From the human T2T-CHM13v2.0 reference genome, Homo sapiens, in assembly GCF_009914755.1 (NCBI RefSeq), contig NC_060937.1: a stretch of 64,000 nucleotides of DNA. One strand, 5' to 3'. A program made the translations under genes and the position numbers. Below the pieces are notes generated by a model. That model made no database searches, had not been told where the DNA came from, and was given only the letters and a program-made list of their open reading frames with translations. Shown here one piece after another: positions 36,266-49,960 of this stretch. Position 1 is the stretch's first letter. Each line of letters starts with the position of its first letter.

Positions 36266-38764
36266 GGGAAGAATGAGCTATTGTAGTTGTTTGGTTAAGA
36301 GATTCCGATGTAGGTATAAGCCTCTGTGGGAATCTTGGAAAATGTAAGACTCTTTGGGGTTAGAAAATAAGAAAAAGTAAATATCTCAATCAGGTTTAGA
36401 CACAGCTTTCACTTTTGATATTGACTCTGATAAAGCAGGATGATTAATTTCTTTGTTAAAGTGCTATTTCATGAGGATGTATTTTCTATAAATCACCGAT
36501 AAATTCTTTTGTCCACATTGAAATCTTATTCATATGAGATAGTGAAATATATAAGGAAAATTACTACTTAATATATTTAAAAAGATGGAGAAGTGAATTA
36601 GGGATAATAAATTATGAGCCTTTCAGTGTGGACTGACAATTATTTTAGCAAGTAAAGGAAACATTTTCTTAATGCTTATCACAATAGATGTGAGACAAAA
36701 AGAAGACAAATCTCCATTTACAATTTATTTTGCTCCAAGACTTCACAATGCAAGATTTACTCTAAAGGCACAACTTAAAGAAAACTAGATGAATGTTTCA
36801 GCTTGCATTATTACCATTATCACATTGAAAATGGCAGAAGCATAGTGCCATCAACTCTGCTTTTGAAAGATAGAGGTACCCCCACTTTAGCTTGGCCAAC
36901 ATCATCTAGACAAAATAGACAGCGAGACCAAAACCCGTGGCCAAAACCAAGCTTTGTGAGGCTAAAGCATCCCAGAGCAGTGTGTTGGGACAGTGTTTTG
37001 AAATATCAACTGAGTATTTTTCTAGTATTTACTGGGGTCCCTTGGTTCTTCTTCCATTCAGTAAACTAGGTCAGTCTGGCTTCATTGTCTTAGGGAAGGT
37101 CTGTCATAGAGCAAGTGTAGAAAAAGAAGTCAAATATTGCCTTTTGAGTTCCAAAAGCTAGGTCCCTCTGGAAAGTGAAGAACCTGGTACAGATGAGCTA
37201 AAATACCTGAGCTGTGAGGGCCAGTTATCCACCCCAAAGCAGGTAAAGATTCCTTGGGGTCAAGAAGCATCAGGGAGTTGTGGGGACATATTTGGAACTT
37301 TCTATGTGTATCATCTCTGAGAAAGAGGACTGGTGCCCAGTCCCTACCCAGACTGAACCCTGGGAAGTACAATTCCAGAACCCCCAATAGAATTGTGGGA
37401 GCTGTGTTTACCCAGGGCCTGGGCCTCAGTTTCTGGGTAGTGCTCAAAGAAGACATGGTTGTATGGCGATGAAGGGCCTTCAATAGCACCAGTTTCCATG
37501 GGAAGAATGATTCTTTGAGCCAAGTAGATGGGTTTTTGAATGGCCCCACAGTTTCTCACACCCCAGCATGGTGTGGAGCAGTGAGTGAATTACTGGGCAC
37601 CAGAGAGGAGTGCAAGGAGAAAGAAGAGCAGAGGCAAAGGTGGGAATGTGGGCTGGGCAGCAGTGAACTTACTGCATGGTAGCCAGGACCAGGTGGGCCC
37701 TGGGGCATCGAAGCAGATGCCACTGTGCTTGGCTCAAGATGACTGAGGACCCAATGTCCACCACCCCATCCCTGCCTGCTCAGCCCTGCTCAACCCCTAG
37801 AATCCCCATGTGACTGAGATTAGGCTTCTGCTACCTTGTCACAGGCATGGGCCCTCAAAATAGAAATTCAGCTGTGGTATGGAAAAATAAAGTTACATTT
37901 TTTGCACACATGAATCTGGGGACTGAGATTCAAGCCTGCTCTTTGTATAATAAAGAAAAGTTCCATTTGATGAAATCTGATTAAGAATGGACACTTCTCT
38001 GTCCTGCAAAGATCAGTATGCCCTTAACCTCTGGCAAATACAAAGATGGGTTTGTTGAAAAAATACACAAAAATCTCTCAGAAACCAAGCAGAAGAGTAA
38101 AGCAGGATCTGAGGGGATTCTTGGAAAGTTAAAAATGAACTTCCTTCTCTGTTGTAACGGGCTATGTGGGCTCTTTGATTTTTCCCTGTGTGCCTTGCCT
38201 GTCCCTCTTCATTCCTAGAGTCTTCTGCCACTCCAGCCTGCACAGAGACCGTGATGGCCTTCCCCCAGCCTAACACCTGTTCTGTTCTAGCAGTGACCTC
38301 ACGGATAGAGGAGACTCTTTTGTGTCTCTCAGGTCCGTGTCCACATAGCAAGAATCTGATTGGCTCCCTGTGGTCAAGTGTATACTCCTGGTCCAATCAC
38401 TGGCTGGAGTGTTTTGGTGCCGAGTCACAAACCATATTCCGAGCAGTCAGGGCAGGGCTGCCATGTTGCACAACTGCAGGTTGTGCCTGCCAAACAATAC
38501 TCTGGGAGCGGCTCCCCTGGATATGTGTGGTGCTTATCCTGCATGGTGAGAGGCAGTGGTCCTGAGTAAAAGTCCTGCTCTCCTGGTTAGCAAATGTAAT
38601 AAAATGGTGGAACATAGTGTTGTCGCTGTTTGAATTGAGTGAATATCTTCCTAACATATGTTGAGTGGCCATATGAATGCATGGAGCAGGACTAAGAGAG
38701 CTGACCTTGGCATACAGAATATTCATGGTGGGCAGATGAGGCTGCCTACTCAGGTGGTTCACTG

Positions 38765-39013
38765 TTTAGCACTGTGGTTTGGAGAGCAAGCTTTGATGTT
38801 CAACACACCTGTGTTCACATCCCAACTCTGTTTATAAAAATGTGACATTGGTCAAGTTACTTGATTTCTCTGTCTCAGTGTCTTTATCAATAAAGTGGGA
38901 ATGAAAATTACTACAGGAATGCTCATAAAGATTAAAGGAGTCATTTAAAGAACTTAGGCCAGTGTCTGATGCTTCATAAGTGCCCAGTAAGTGTCAGATG
39001 TAACTTATGTCAT
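38765..39013 (+). mobile_element. MIR
   Basis: tgtgacattggtcaagttacttgatttctctgtctcagtgtctttatcaataaagtggga. Confidence 0.8.
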
Positions 39014-39385
39014 TATTATCACTAATAATTCTATTACTAGTGAATTATTTCACTAATTTTTTCCACTAATTTATCTCACTAATTATTTCACTAATTAATT
39101 TTAATTCTTAGTGAAATAATTCGCTAATTCACTAATATATCACTAATACTAGAATTATTAGAATTATAGTGAAATAGAATTATTAGTGATAATATAATAG
39201 ATTAGTAATATATTAATATAATAGAACTATTAGTGATATATTAATAATGTAATTAGTGATATGTTACTGAATTATTAGTGAACAGTTATTAGTGACTTAG
39301 TGATTATTAGTGAATTATTAGTAATATTTTAGTGAATATTAGTGAATTGTAATAGAATTAATAATAATTCTATTATTAGTGATAT
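39014..39385. repeat. AT-rich low-complexity nested inverted repeat (CACTAAT/ATTAGTG units)
   Basis: Perfect 22-bp inverted repeat 39014-39035 / 39173-39194 plus further copies. Confidence 0.9.
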
Positions 39386-40394
39386 AAGCCATATGCATTT
39401 TACAGTCTTAAAATGTTAATGACCCATTATATGAAAAGCATTTATTTATCTGCATTCAAGATACATGTTTGGTTAAGGTCCTTGTAATTAAAATAAAAAT
39501 CAGAATCACCATATTATACCAACATTGATACAAGTAATAATTAACAACAACAATGATGATGATGATGATTAAAAACCTGGATAAAATTTTGTCTCAGGCT
39601 TAGTGTGGTTTGGGTATGCATGTACTTATCATATTTGATTTTGATTTTATTTTAAAAATTTTGTCTTTACTTTTTTTCTTAGCATCTTGACCCTTTTGTG
39701 ACATCTAGCAGGATGTATTTTTTTTTCAAGATGCATGTTTCACAAACAAAATATATGTTTATATCTGACTGTACCCAAGCTGCTAATTATGGGCATCTCT
39801 TTCTATAGCTCACTATTAATCACTCATGTCTTTGGGGTTATATAGAAAACAATTTATGTTACAAAATCAAATCCTCCCTTAAAAATGTTTGCCCTGGAAG
39901 TGAGGCAGGAGGAAATCACAAACTGTTATTATTTTCCCTTAGATGGATCTAAATATTAACATTCCCTTAGCTTTAAAGATTATTTTTATGCCGCTCCTTT
40001 ATAAACAATTGAAGTTCACTAACTCTTCTGTTGTCTCGGGTTCTGTCTACAACATATCCAAACAACTCAGCTAAAAAAATGGGCAATCAGTTCAACAGGT
40101 TATTTGGCATTATATGTAGAAAATAAAAATGTTTGAATAGCTTAAAACATTTTAAAAAGCATAGCATATAGCAAACCAAATTGAATGTTTAAACATAGGC
40201 TAAGGATCTCTCACACAGGGGAGGGAGTTGCCATTTTTAGCTCTCATTGCAATTGTATTAACTACCTAACTACCAGGGCAACAATAGCAGCCACAGTGGC
40301 AGTAGTAGTTACAGCAGGAGGAGGAGGAGGGAGAATAAGCTATTAATAGTATGAACAACAGTAGTAGTTGTAGTGATTGTTGTAATAGTAACAG

Positions 40395-40770
40395 TTAACA
40401 GCACATGTACACATTGTTTTAGGTACTTCATGTACAGTAACTCATTTAATCTTTACAGCAACCTTAAGAGATAGTCCTATTATTTCTCCATTTTACAGAA
40501 AAGGAGATTAAAATTCCAAGAGGTAAAGTCACTAGTGGAGGAACCAAGATTTGGAAAACAGTAATAATGGCTGACATAGATCAAATATTCATGCTTCTCA
40601 GCTACTGACACGATTACCCCGTTGAACCCTCACAGTGAGCCCAGGAGGTGGATTTCTTCTTATCCTCATTTAACACAGAAGGAAACTGAAGCTTGGATGT
40701 CCGCCCGATGCAATGTCAGACAGGGTCTGAAACCAGGGATCCAAAGCCAGAAGTCCAGTCTTGCTTTCAG
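40395..40770 (-). mobile_element. Two adjacent MIR fragments
   Basis: ctcatttaatctttacagcaacctt..ccattttacagaa; cctcatttaacacagaaggaaactgaagct. Confidence 0.65.
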
Positions 40771-40954
40771 TTTGATTGTGTCTTGCAGATTCTGCTTGGA
40801 ATGGTTTGCTGAGGGAAGAGAACTCCTCTAAGTAGAAGCTGTTGCCTTGAGGGGGGATCTGGGTACCCGCCTCTCCCTGAGGAGCGTTCTCCTACTGCCT
40901 GTCTTACAAAGAGAGTGCTTTTCTTCTGAACCACCCCAAAAGACTCCCACATTG

Positions 40955-41362
<408 letters not shown>

Positions 41363-44300
41363 GGTCCTGGGTCTCTGGACTCCTGGATGGAGACCAGGTG
41401 GGCAGGTGAGCCTGGTGCTGTCCTCACCCCACAGGGCTTTCTTGGGTCTCGAGCAACATTTGGGCTCCTCTGTGCAACTGTCTACACCACTGCTCACCCA
41501 GGCCTCCATCACAGTCACCATGATGATGAGCAGTGCTTCTTTAGGCATCACGTCACCAAAACAATATTTCATCATGCAGTGCTATTTTTAAAAAGTGAGG
41601 ATGGCATTTTCCAATGATATGTTAGAAGAGTTACACCTCTTCCCTCTCCACCTTTTCTCTCCAGAACCCAACCAACGAAGTTGTTTAAAAAAGAAACAGT
41701 CAATGCCTTTTCCACTTTTAGATCTGCATATTGGGCCACTCTTGGTTTCTTTTTTCTTATTTACTACTTGAGGGTGTCAATTTAAGAAAACTCAGCTCTC
41801 CTACCAGCAAGTCAGCTGGGACACATGTGTTCTGTTCATCTCTTCCAAAGGCACTGTGGAATTGTCCAGTCCCAGAGGCCTTGGGCTTTGAGGACGCAGC
41901 CCAGCAGTCGTGGTGCTGAATATGAATATAGTGGCTTCCCAACCCAAAAGACATTTCATTTATTATTTTAAAAATATTTTCTTTGGGCTCTTTTAATCCT
42001 CAGGGATATTGGCTTGATGAATAGCAAATAAATTCCCTAACCAGACTGTTGTTATAAATATCCGTGGCATTAATTCAAACCATTTGCATTGGAAACTTTT
42101 TTTTTCCCCTGGAGGAAAAGGGGTGGCTGATTTAACCTCAACATTTGGGACACGTTTTTCCCTAAAATAACTACAACATCCATCATTTTTTTTTCCTGCT
42201 GGTGTGTCAATTTTTTAATGAGAGGCTGGGTCCCTTTAGTACCTTTGGTCTCCATAGTAACAATTTCATGTGTTTATTCTGGCTTACTGAAATAAAACAC
42301 TGAGGAAAAGGTCAGTGACTCATTTTTGATTGGGGGTTGCTCTAATTAGAGGATGATTATTTAAAATTTGGTCTCTAACACAAAGATACTATGTGCTTAA
42401 AAATAAGACCATGGCAAGCATTTTAAATGACAAATGATGAAACATTTAGACAGTGAGAGGCTTCCCAACTATGGGTCTTTCTTCACAGGTGCAGGTGTTT
42501 TCAAGATTATTATTGTTTTCATCCGTATTTAACTGACCTTGACTTCTTGCCATTCCCTCTCTGGTAGCAGGATCTGAGTAATGCATTAAGTAATGGATTA
42601 AAGTGTCTAGAATGACTAATGCAGTTCTAGGAGTCAATTTAGACCTATGGTATATGCATCTGAGATGAGCTGAATCAATACAATAAAGTCCTCTCAGATG
42701 GCCACTGAGTGGCCAGGGGAGGCATAAACCTTGCCTAGGTACAGTTTTTCTATCCCCTTGGTCACTGCAGGTTTTGGATCTGTAGGAAGGCAGAATGGGG
42801 CATGCAGTGCTTTGTGATTGTTGCCTTGGGTTGCCATTGCCATTGTTTGACTTAACATGTGTCACGCCTTTCTTTTCTCATCTGTGAAGTGGCAATAACA
42901 GCGGAAGCTGCATCGTAAGGTGTTTGAGTGGATTAAATACAATAATCATGCATGCACAGGGCTTAGCAAAAACTAGACCCTACTTAGGAAATACCGCAGC
43001 AGTGTTGGCTGTTTTAATTATTCTTTTACTTTCATTATTTGATTGGCACTTTGGCCTTTGGACTGAGTTCCTTTGTTCTCAAGGGAATTGCTTAAAACGA
43101 AGGTAAGACTCTGGCAAGTGAAGTTTCCACTGCAGAGAGTGAGAAATCAGTTTGAGCAGGTGTGGATGTGGCACTCTGCAGGGAACATTCTGTGGGGAAT
43201 ACTGTCCTCCGTTAGGGCTCCATGAGGCTTTGCTGTGTCATGGCTGAGAGCTGAGGGCTGCTTTGTCCTCTAGAACCCAGGCTCCCATGGACTGGCTCAC
43301 AGGACAAAGGGCAGAGCTCAGGTAGTGGTCCTCAGGCCCTATCTGGTTGAATCTCCATCAAGCACGTTTCTATAAAATACAAAGAGATGCAAACTTGGCT
43401 GGCAGAACTGGAAGACAGCTACACCCGTGTGACCCCATATTGTGGCCTAACAGGATGACTCCATGAGACACGGTGAAACCAGGTTGACCTTATGAGTGCA
43501 AATTGTGTGGGCTTGCAGAGAAAAGCTGAAAAGTTTAGATAAAATTCTGGGAATTTGAATGATGTGTTTTTCTAGTTACTCTTGAAAATCAGTCTCTTTG
43601 ATGGGTCCTAGTAAATTTTAGACCTTAGAAGCCAGGCCTTAATTAGGGAACTTCACCCGTCCACTTAATTAACAACTATTCATGGCTCTGTGTCAAGCAC
43701 GTGCTTAGTCAGCTGGGACACCACGATTCTCCTTTTTTGGAGCTTACATTTTAGGTGGGAGACAGAGACAGTAAATGAATGATAAAAGGAAGAAAATTAC
43801 TGTAAAATATTACAAGCTATGAAGGAATAACATGCTAGAGAACATTTGTCAGACTCTTGATCTTTCTGTGTTGCAGCTAAGGATGGAAATAATGTTCTGT
43901 GGTAAAGATTGTGGAGTGAATCCTTCTCATTAAGTGTTGATACCAGCTTGGCCTTTCCTCTTAGGTTGTACAATTGGACTGAGCAAAGTGCTTGCTATTG
44001 CTGTTCTTATTTTAGTTGTGAATAACGATGTTGCTAGGGCCTAAGTCTCTTCTAGCTGTTATAATTACTATTTTTATTCTCATTGTCAGAAAACACAACT
44101 TTGCAAACTGATTTACTCACAGACTGCTTTCTCCTTGCCCCCGGTTAAGTATCTCGTGAATTTTGTGTTTCCCAGAACACATTTTGGGAAACAGTGTTTC
44201 AGAAAATGCAATTCTGATGGGCCTGTGTTATGAATTTCCAAAGAGTAGTAAGTATGTCTTCAAAGAGAAATATTCCAGATGAGATATCTGCGCTTGTTGG

Positions 44301-44779
44301 CTAACCTAGGTTTTTGAATGCCTGATTAAGGTCACCTATTTTTGGCTCATCATCTACCCCCATTAGTCAATGTTGTTGCAAACTAAAAATAGTCCCTCAA
44401 AACAAAACAAAACAAAACAAAAACAACAGATATTTAAGGGCAAACAGATAAATTCCATTGTACAGTTTAATGTAAAATAAATAAATATAATGTAGCCTTG
44501 TTTCTAAAGTTTGCAAAAGGATAAAATGATACAGAAATTCCTTTGGGGAAATACTGTGCATGTCAAGACATGCTGTTTCTCTTTTCCATCCTTAGACTAT
44601 TTTAGTTCTTAAAAGATTTGCAAATTAAATTCTTTGCTTTTGTATTTTTAAAATATTATAATAGGTGTAAAGAGAATTGATTGGTACATGCACTTGGCTC
44701 TCTGGGATGTGGGGGTGCTGTCAGAGGCTGTTGGCTATGTCCCAGGGTAATTGAATGCCAATTGAGGAGACTTGAATTG

Positions 44780-44945
44780 AAGCTAACTCCACCACTTTCT
44801 AGCTTTTAGCAAGCCTCTTAAACTCTCTAGGTCTTTTTTTTTTTCTTCTAGAATGAGGACAATAGCACCCATGTTACTGGGATGTTGAGAAGGTTAAAGT
44901 GAGATAATGTTATGTGAAAGTACCTTGCAAACTATCAAGTCTGAA
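44780..44945 (+). mobile_element. MIR fragment
   Basis: gcaagcctcttaactctctagg; gatgttgagaaggttaaagtgagataatg. Confidence 0.6.
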
Positions 44946-45319
44946 ATTATAATCTGGTTTAGTCTGTGCACTTGGTTGTCATTGCATTGTATTGGGAGAA
45001 GACTGTTATTGGACCTGGGCTGGGTGATTAAGTCCCGAATTTTGAGAACAGGGGACGAAGCATCTCTGAAATAGAACGGAAGAAGGAAAGAGGAATGGAA
45101 CTGCATGAGTATTAGTGTGGGAAGGGAAGTGGATATTCACAAGAAGTAAGGCAATTCAGGGAACATGCATTTTCATTGAGCTTAGGGACAGAACAGAATA
45201 TGTACTCACTAGCATATTTTTTTCAAACATGTACTGAAGTAGGGTGACATTAGGTGAGTAACGTTAGGTTAAATACAGTAATTCCATTATCCCTGAAAAA
45301 CATGTTAAAAAGAAACATA

Positions 45320-45640
45320 GTTCCATTTTCAGTAATGCGGACAAACAAGATAACCTGAAGCCCTCCTGCTAAAAACACTTGGAAATGCCAGCTAGACCAT
45401 AACAGACATTTTTTTAAAGTGCATAGTTGAGCCTCAAGAAAGTAAAAGAAATACCCAGGGATACAAAATAGAGAGGAATCTGAAAATTAGAGTAGTGACA
45501 GGTAGGTGTTGTTTTGGCTGCCTTTTATTTTCAGTAATTAGAGAGTTTGGGTTTAATAGCCTTGCAGGTTCTTAGACAAGCCATGAGGCTGTCAAGAGGT
45601 GAGTTGTTGGACCTGAGATCCCTCCCTGCACATGCCTAAA
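45320..45640 (+). mobile_element. Possible old L1M 5'-end fragment
   Basis: ctcctgctaaaaacacttggaaatgc..aaagtgcatagttgagc..aagaaagtaa resembles old L1 5' UTRs. Confidence 0.4.
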
Positions 45641-47659
45641 GGTGACACCCGCGAATCCTGTTCTCAACTACCTGATTGCTTTGAGTCTCTCTTTCCTTTC
45701 ACCCATTCTGCAACTTATTCAACAAATATTCATTCAGTATTTTCTCTGTGGCCAGCACTGCTCTAGGTTTTGTCAAAGGGGGGATTCTGATCATTCATAC
45801 CTCACTCTGTATAAGCCAAGGTATGATTGCTTAACAAAGTGTTTTGAAGACTAGATTTCTATACAAACCTGTTACAGTCCTATAAGAGTTGCATGGATAA
45901 AGTGCTGATCTCAGCCCTGCTGCTCCTTGGTGAGACCCTCAGCCACTTCTTTAACCTCTCCAGCAGGAGCTGGCTTGGCTTCAGGATATAGGGTACATCC
46001 TTCTTACTCCTAGGAAATACTTGTTTTCAATCCCCCTGGGTCTCAGCATGTGCCTTCTCATTCCTGAGGGCAGCAGCCTTTATAAGAGAGTGTGTGAAGC
46101 CTTGGAGACCCATGCCAAGAGGGTGGGCTTTCACCAGAGGTTGGCTCCTGGACTCCCAGTCACCCCATATCTTCATTTCCTCAGGAACTGTCCCCACCAC
46201 CACTGGCTAAGGGGTCTGATGGATATCATGGAGAGCCCCCAGAGATGTGAGGTTGTTTTTCAGATCCTAGAATTGGAGATAGAAGGAAGACAAGAGAAGA
46301 CCAATGAGCTTGACCTGTGAAATTCAAGAGTAGAGGGTAAGGAGAACTCTGAGAGCCAGAGTGTTGGCACCACCATCCTTGTGCAAAGGTTGATCATCAC
46401 CAGGTTAATCCTTTTGAAGAGAAAGGCACAATGCAGAGGAGCCCTCCCCCTCCCACTGCTGAAAGTCTGGCAATGTCAGATACAGTCCAGTTCTTATAAT
46501 TTGGGGTGCTGTAGGGCTGGCTGGGATCTCAAGTGCCTGCTTTGAGACAGAGTAATGAAACAGGAACTTGGGGGAGTTACTCTCTGAACCTCCCATGGGG
46601 GATGGAGTTTCTCTCATAGAGGCCTTGCTGCTGGAGTCTCAGGCCTGTAAGAAGAAATTCTAGTTTTTGAGTAATTTAAGTGGTAACTTTAAGTTCACTG
46701 AGAGTTGCACTGAAGGCCAACTTTTTCCTCTAGTGTAATTATTCAAGAGCAACCATTTGTTGGCAAAAAAAAAAAAAAGAAAAAAAAGAAAAAGAAAACT
46801 GTAAAGGCCTGGGCTGCAGTAGTTGGAGCCCATCTGTCTACGGCCTTTTTTCAAAGCTTGGGAAAACTGAACTTGTGGATAGGCTCAGTTGGAGTTTGGG
46901 TCATTGGGGAACCATGGTTGACAACTATTTACCGTTCAGTCAAGAATATGTTTTCAGGTCATTTGTTCAGCTCTGTGGTTCCCCTTTGGGGCATGGGCTA
47001 CTTAAAATTTTGTAGAAAAATAAATCCATCTCCCTTTAAAGACTGGCCTCCTTGTTTTTGTTAGAAGCCAGCATAGATTTTGACGCCAGACAAATATGTA
47101 TCTGTACGTTTGGGCATTGCAACTTACTAGTTATATGAACTCAACTATATCTCTTAAATTCTCTTAATTTCCTCACCCTTAAGATGGGGATGCTTGGCTT
47201 GTTCCAACAGAAATTGGATGTGTTGGGATTTTGGTAACTTCTATTTTGTGTGTGTGTGTGCTTCCCAGGACACTTTAATACAAAGTACAAAATCAGGCTT
47301 ACTCTTAGCTCCTTGTTAATCTCTTCTGGCATGCAAACAGAGAGGTGAAGTTCAAGGGTAGGGGTGTATAGTAAGTAGACAAGGACCCTCAAGCCTAGCT
47401 ATGGGACTGGGGGAAACTGCCATACAGAGCAGCAATTTTCTCTTGGAAATCCATACTCAGGACTTATCTCAGAGACATTGTCCACAGATAATGCTCATAA
47501 CAACTAAAAACTAGCAAAGCAACCAGAAGTATAATATAAATTTGGTTTGACAGTGTTAAATGGCACTTGGCAGAATCAGTTCTACAAATCACTAGGTTAA
47601 GCAATGTTCAATACAAGTTTGGAGTAAATGAATACTCACTATGCAGAGCCAAAGATTCA

Positions 47660-48225
47660 TTTATATATTCATTCACTGAATAATTAGATATTTACTGAGC
47701 CACTGCCAGGTGCCAAGCCCAGCTCTCAATACAGGGTGTGTGTTAGTGAAGACCGCAGAGAGCTGCCCTCCCAGGGCACAGTTCCAGTCAGGGAAACAGA
47801 CAAATTAAGAAATAAAAATGTGACATAATAAGTAGTGATAAGATATTTGAAAAAAAAAAGTGAAGCAGGGGAAGGGATTAGGGAGTTGTTTTTTTTCAAC
47901 AGAGAGGCCAAGGAAGGCCTCTCTGAGGAGATGATGTTTGATCAGAGACCTGGATCAAGTGAAGAAATGACCAACTCATGGGGAGATCAGAGGGGAGCAA
48001 CACCAATAGCCATAAACCAGGATTGTCCCAGGAAAACTAACACCTGTGGTTACCCTATAGACCAAGGTGAGGACTTTGGATTTTATTCTAAGTGTGAGGA
48101 GAAGCTTCAGGGAGGGACGTGATCTAATTTGTGTTTTAAAAAGACCTCTCTGGAAGGTAGACAGCAGACACAGGGAAACCAGTGAAGAGGCCATCACAGA
48201 AGCCCAGGTGAGAGATAACAGCTCA
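47660..48225 (-). mobile_element. L2 3' fragment with a small hAT-like piece near 47990-48060
   Basis: ggccaaggaaggcctctctgaggagatgatgtttgatcagagacctg; ggactttggattttattctaagtgtgagg. Confidence 0.75.
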
Positions 48226-48251
48226 GCCTCACATTGGGTTTGGCTTACACC

Positions 48252-48551
48252 TTTTTTTTTTTTTTTTTTTGAGGCAGAGTCTCACTCTGTCACCCAGGCT
48301 GTAGTGCAGTGGCGTGATCTTGGCTCACTGCAAGCTCCGCCTTCTGGGTTCACGCCTCAGCCTCCTGAGTAGGAGTAGCTGGGACTACAGTGCCCGCCAC
48401 CATGCCCGGCTAATTTTTTTGTTTCTGTATTTTAAGTAGAGACGGGGTTTCACTGTGTTAGCCAGGATGGTCTTGAACTCCTGACCTCGTGATCTGCCCC
48501 CATCAGCCTCCCAAAGTGCTGGAATTACAGGCGTGAGCCACCACACCTGGC
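48252..48551 (-). mobile_element. AluY
   Basis: Diagnostic gcaagctccgcc, gttcacgcc, ttagccaggatggtc; poly(T); TSD-like ggcttaca on both flanks. Confidence 0.9.
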
Positions 48552-49960
48552 AGGCTTACATCATTTTTATTAGACTCTACACAGAACTCATCCTGAGGCT
48601 CGGCCCTCTCATTCTTTCCCAAAGCAGAATTATTTGCCCTCAATATTAAAGAAAATTAGAGGATCATTGATTCCAAGGACGGTACTGGGCCGGTGGAGGA
48701 TGTGGGTTTCCCTGCAGTGTCTCACTGCCCTACCTCCCTTGTCCTCCCTGAGCAGCATAAAGGTCTCAACCCCTCTTCGTGCTCTTCATTGTCATTGTAG
48801 ATTATTGGTTCCAGAATGGAATGTCCTCTCCTTTTCTCTTTCTGTTTGTAAATCAAAAATTCCTTTTGTCTTCCAAAGTAACTTTGAGCATGCAGCAATT
48901 GTATCTCTAAACAGCCCCATCAGGGACATTCTGTATTTTGTTGGAGTTGATCCAAAGGTCCTGATAGATGAACTTCGAATTGTCTTTTAATGGTACTCAG
49001 AAAAGTTTTATTAGGTACATGGTGGACCTGGGGAAACTTGTTGGGACTTGTAGGTTATATAATTCTTTTAGCTTCATTGCTAGAATGCTTGGGACTTTTA
49101 ACCATGACTTCATTGCTCTTGAATATGGGTTTCATGCATCTGGTTGCTTGGCTGTTTTCAGAAAGTAGGGGTAACAGTCCCATCAATGTATCATCTTTTC
49201 CATGATTAGAAAAGAAACCTGAGAATGCTTTCCTAGCAAGTATGTAGACACAGTTTCCTCCAACACCTGTTCTTTCAAGTCATGAGACATTTGAAAATAA
49301 CCACACAAGTTCCTGCATCTGAGCCTGTCTTTTGAATATCTGTTTGAGCAACATGAAGTTTTGCTAGTGTGAGCTAATGTCAGCATGCACCCTCCTCCCC
49401 ACTGCCTGTGGATTCAAGTATGGCAAATGCCTGTTGATTTGGAATGACCAGGAGATGGCTTATTTTGGTTCTGTATCATTAATCAACAGATGTGTAAACA
49501 GATTTTTAAAAGTAAAATGCCTAATGTCACATTGCTATTACATTAAGGAGCTAGGATTCTGACTCCCTTTTCTAAACATTGATCCACACTGTGATGCTTT
49601 GGAAAATTTAAAAATTATGCAACAATGCACTCTCATTGTGAAAAAAATGAGAAAACATAGATGGAAAAAAAGAAATGAACCTCAAAAATTCCACTATTCA
49701 GCGATAACCACTGTTAACATTTTCAGGCACTTCTTTTCAGTTTTTTTTCTACAAAATGTAATTGCAAATGCATTTTCAAAGATACTGCTTTACAATTTCC
49801 TTTTTCCCTTTAATAATATTTTGGGTTTTGTTCATGTTCTTCTAAATCAGAACATAGATCTGCATTATCATTTTAAAAACTTGCATTGTTTTCCATTCCA
49901 GGATGCTAGTACTATTTATTAAATATTTCATTATTTTTTTCTCCTCCTGAGCTTGACTAC

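Noticed and set aside
37130-38762. Cluster of 120-139 aa ORFs in unique DNA
   Set aside because: No recognisable domain, several non-ATG starts, overlapping on both strands, no consistent splice structure.
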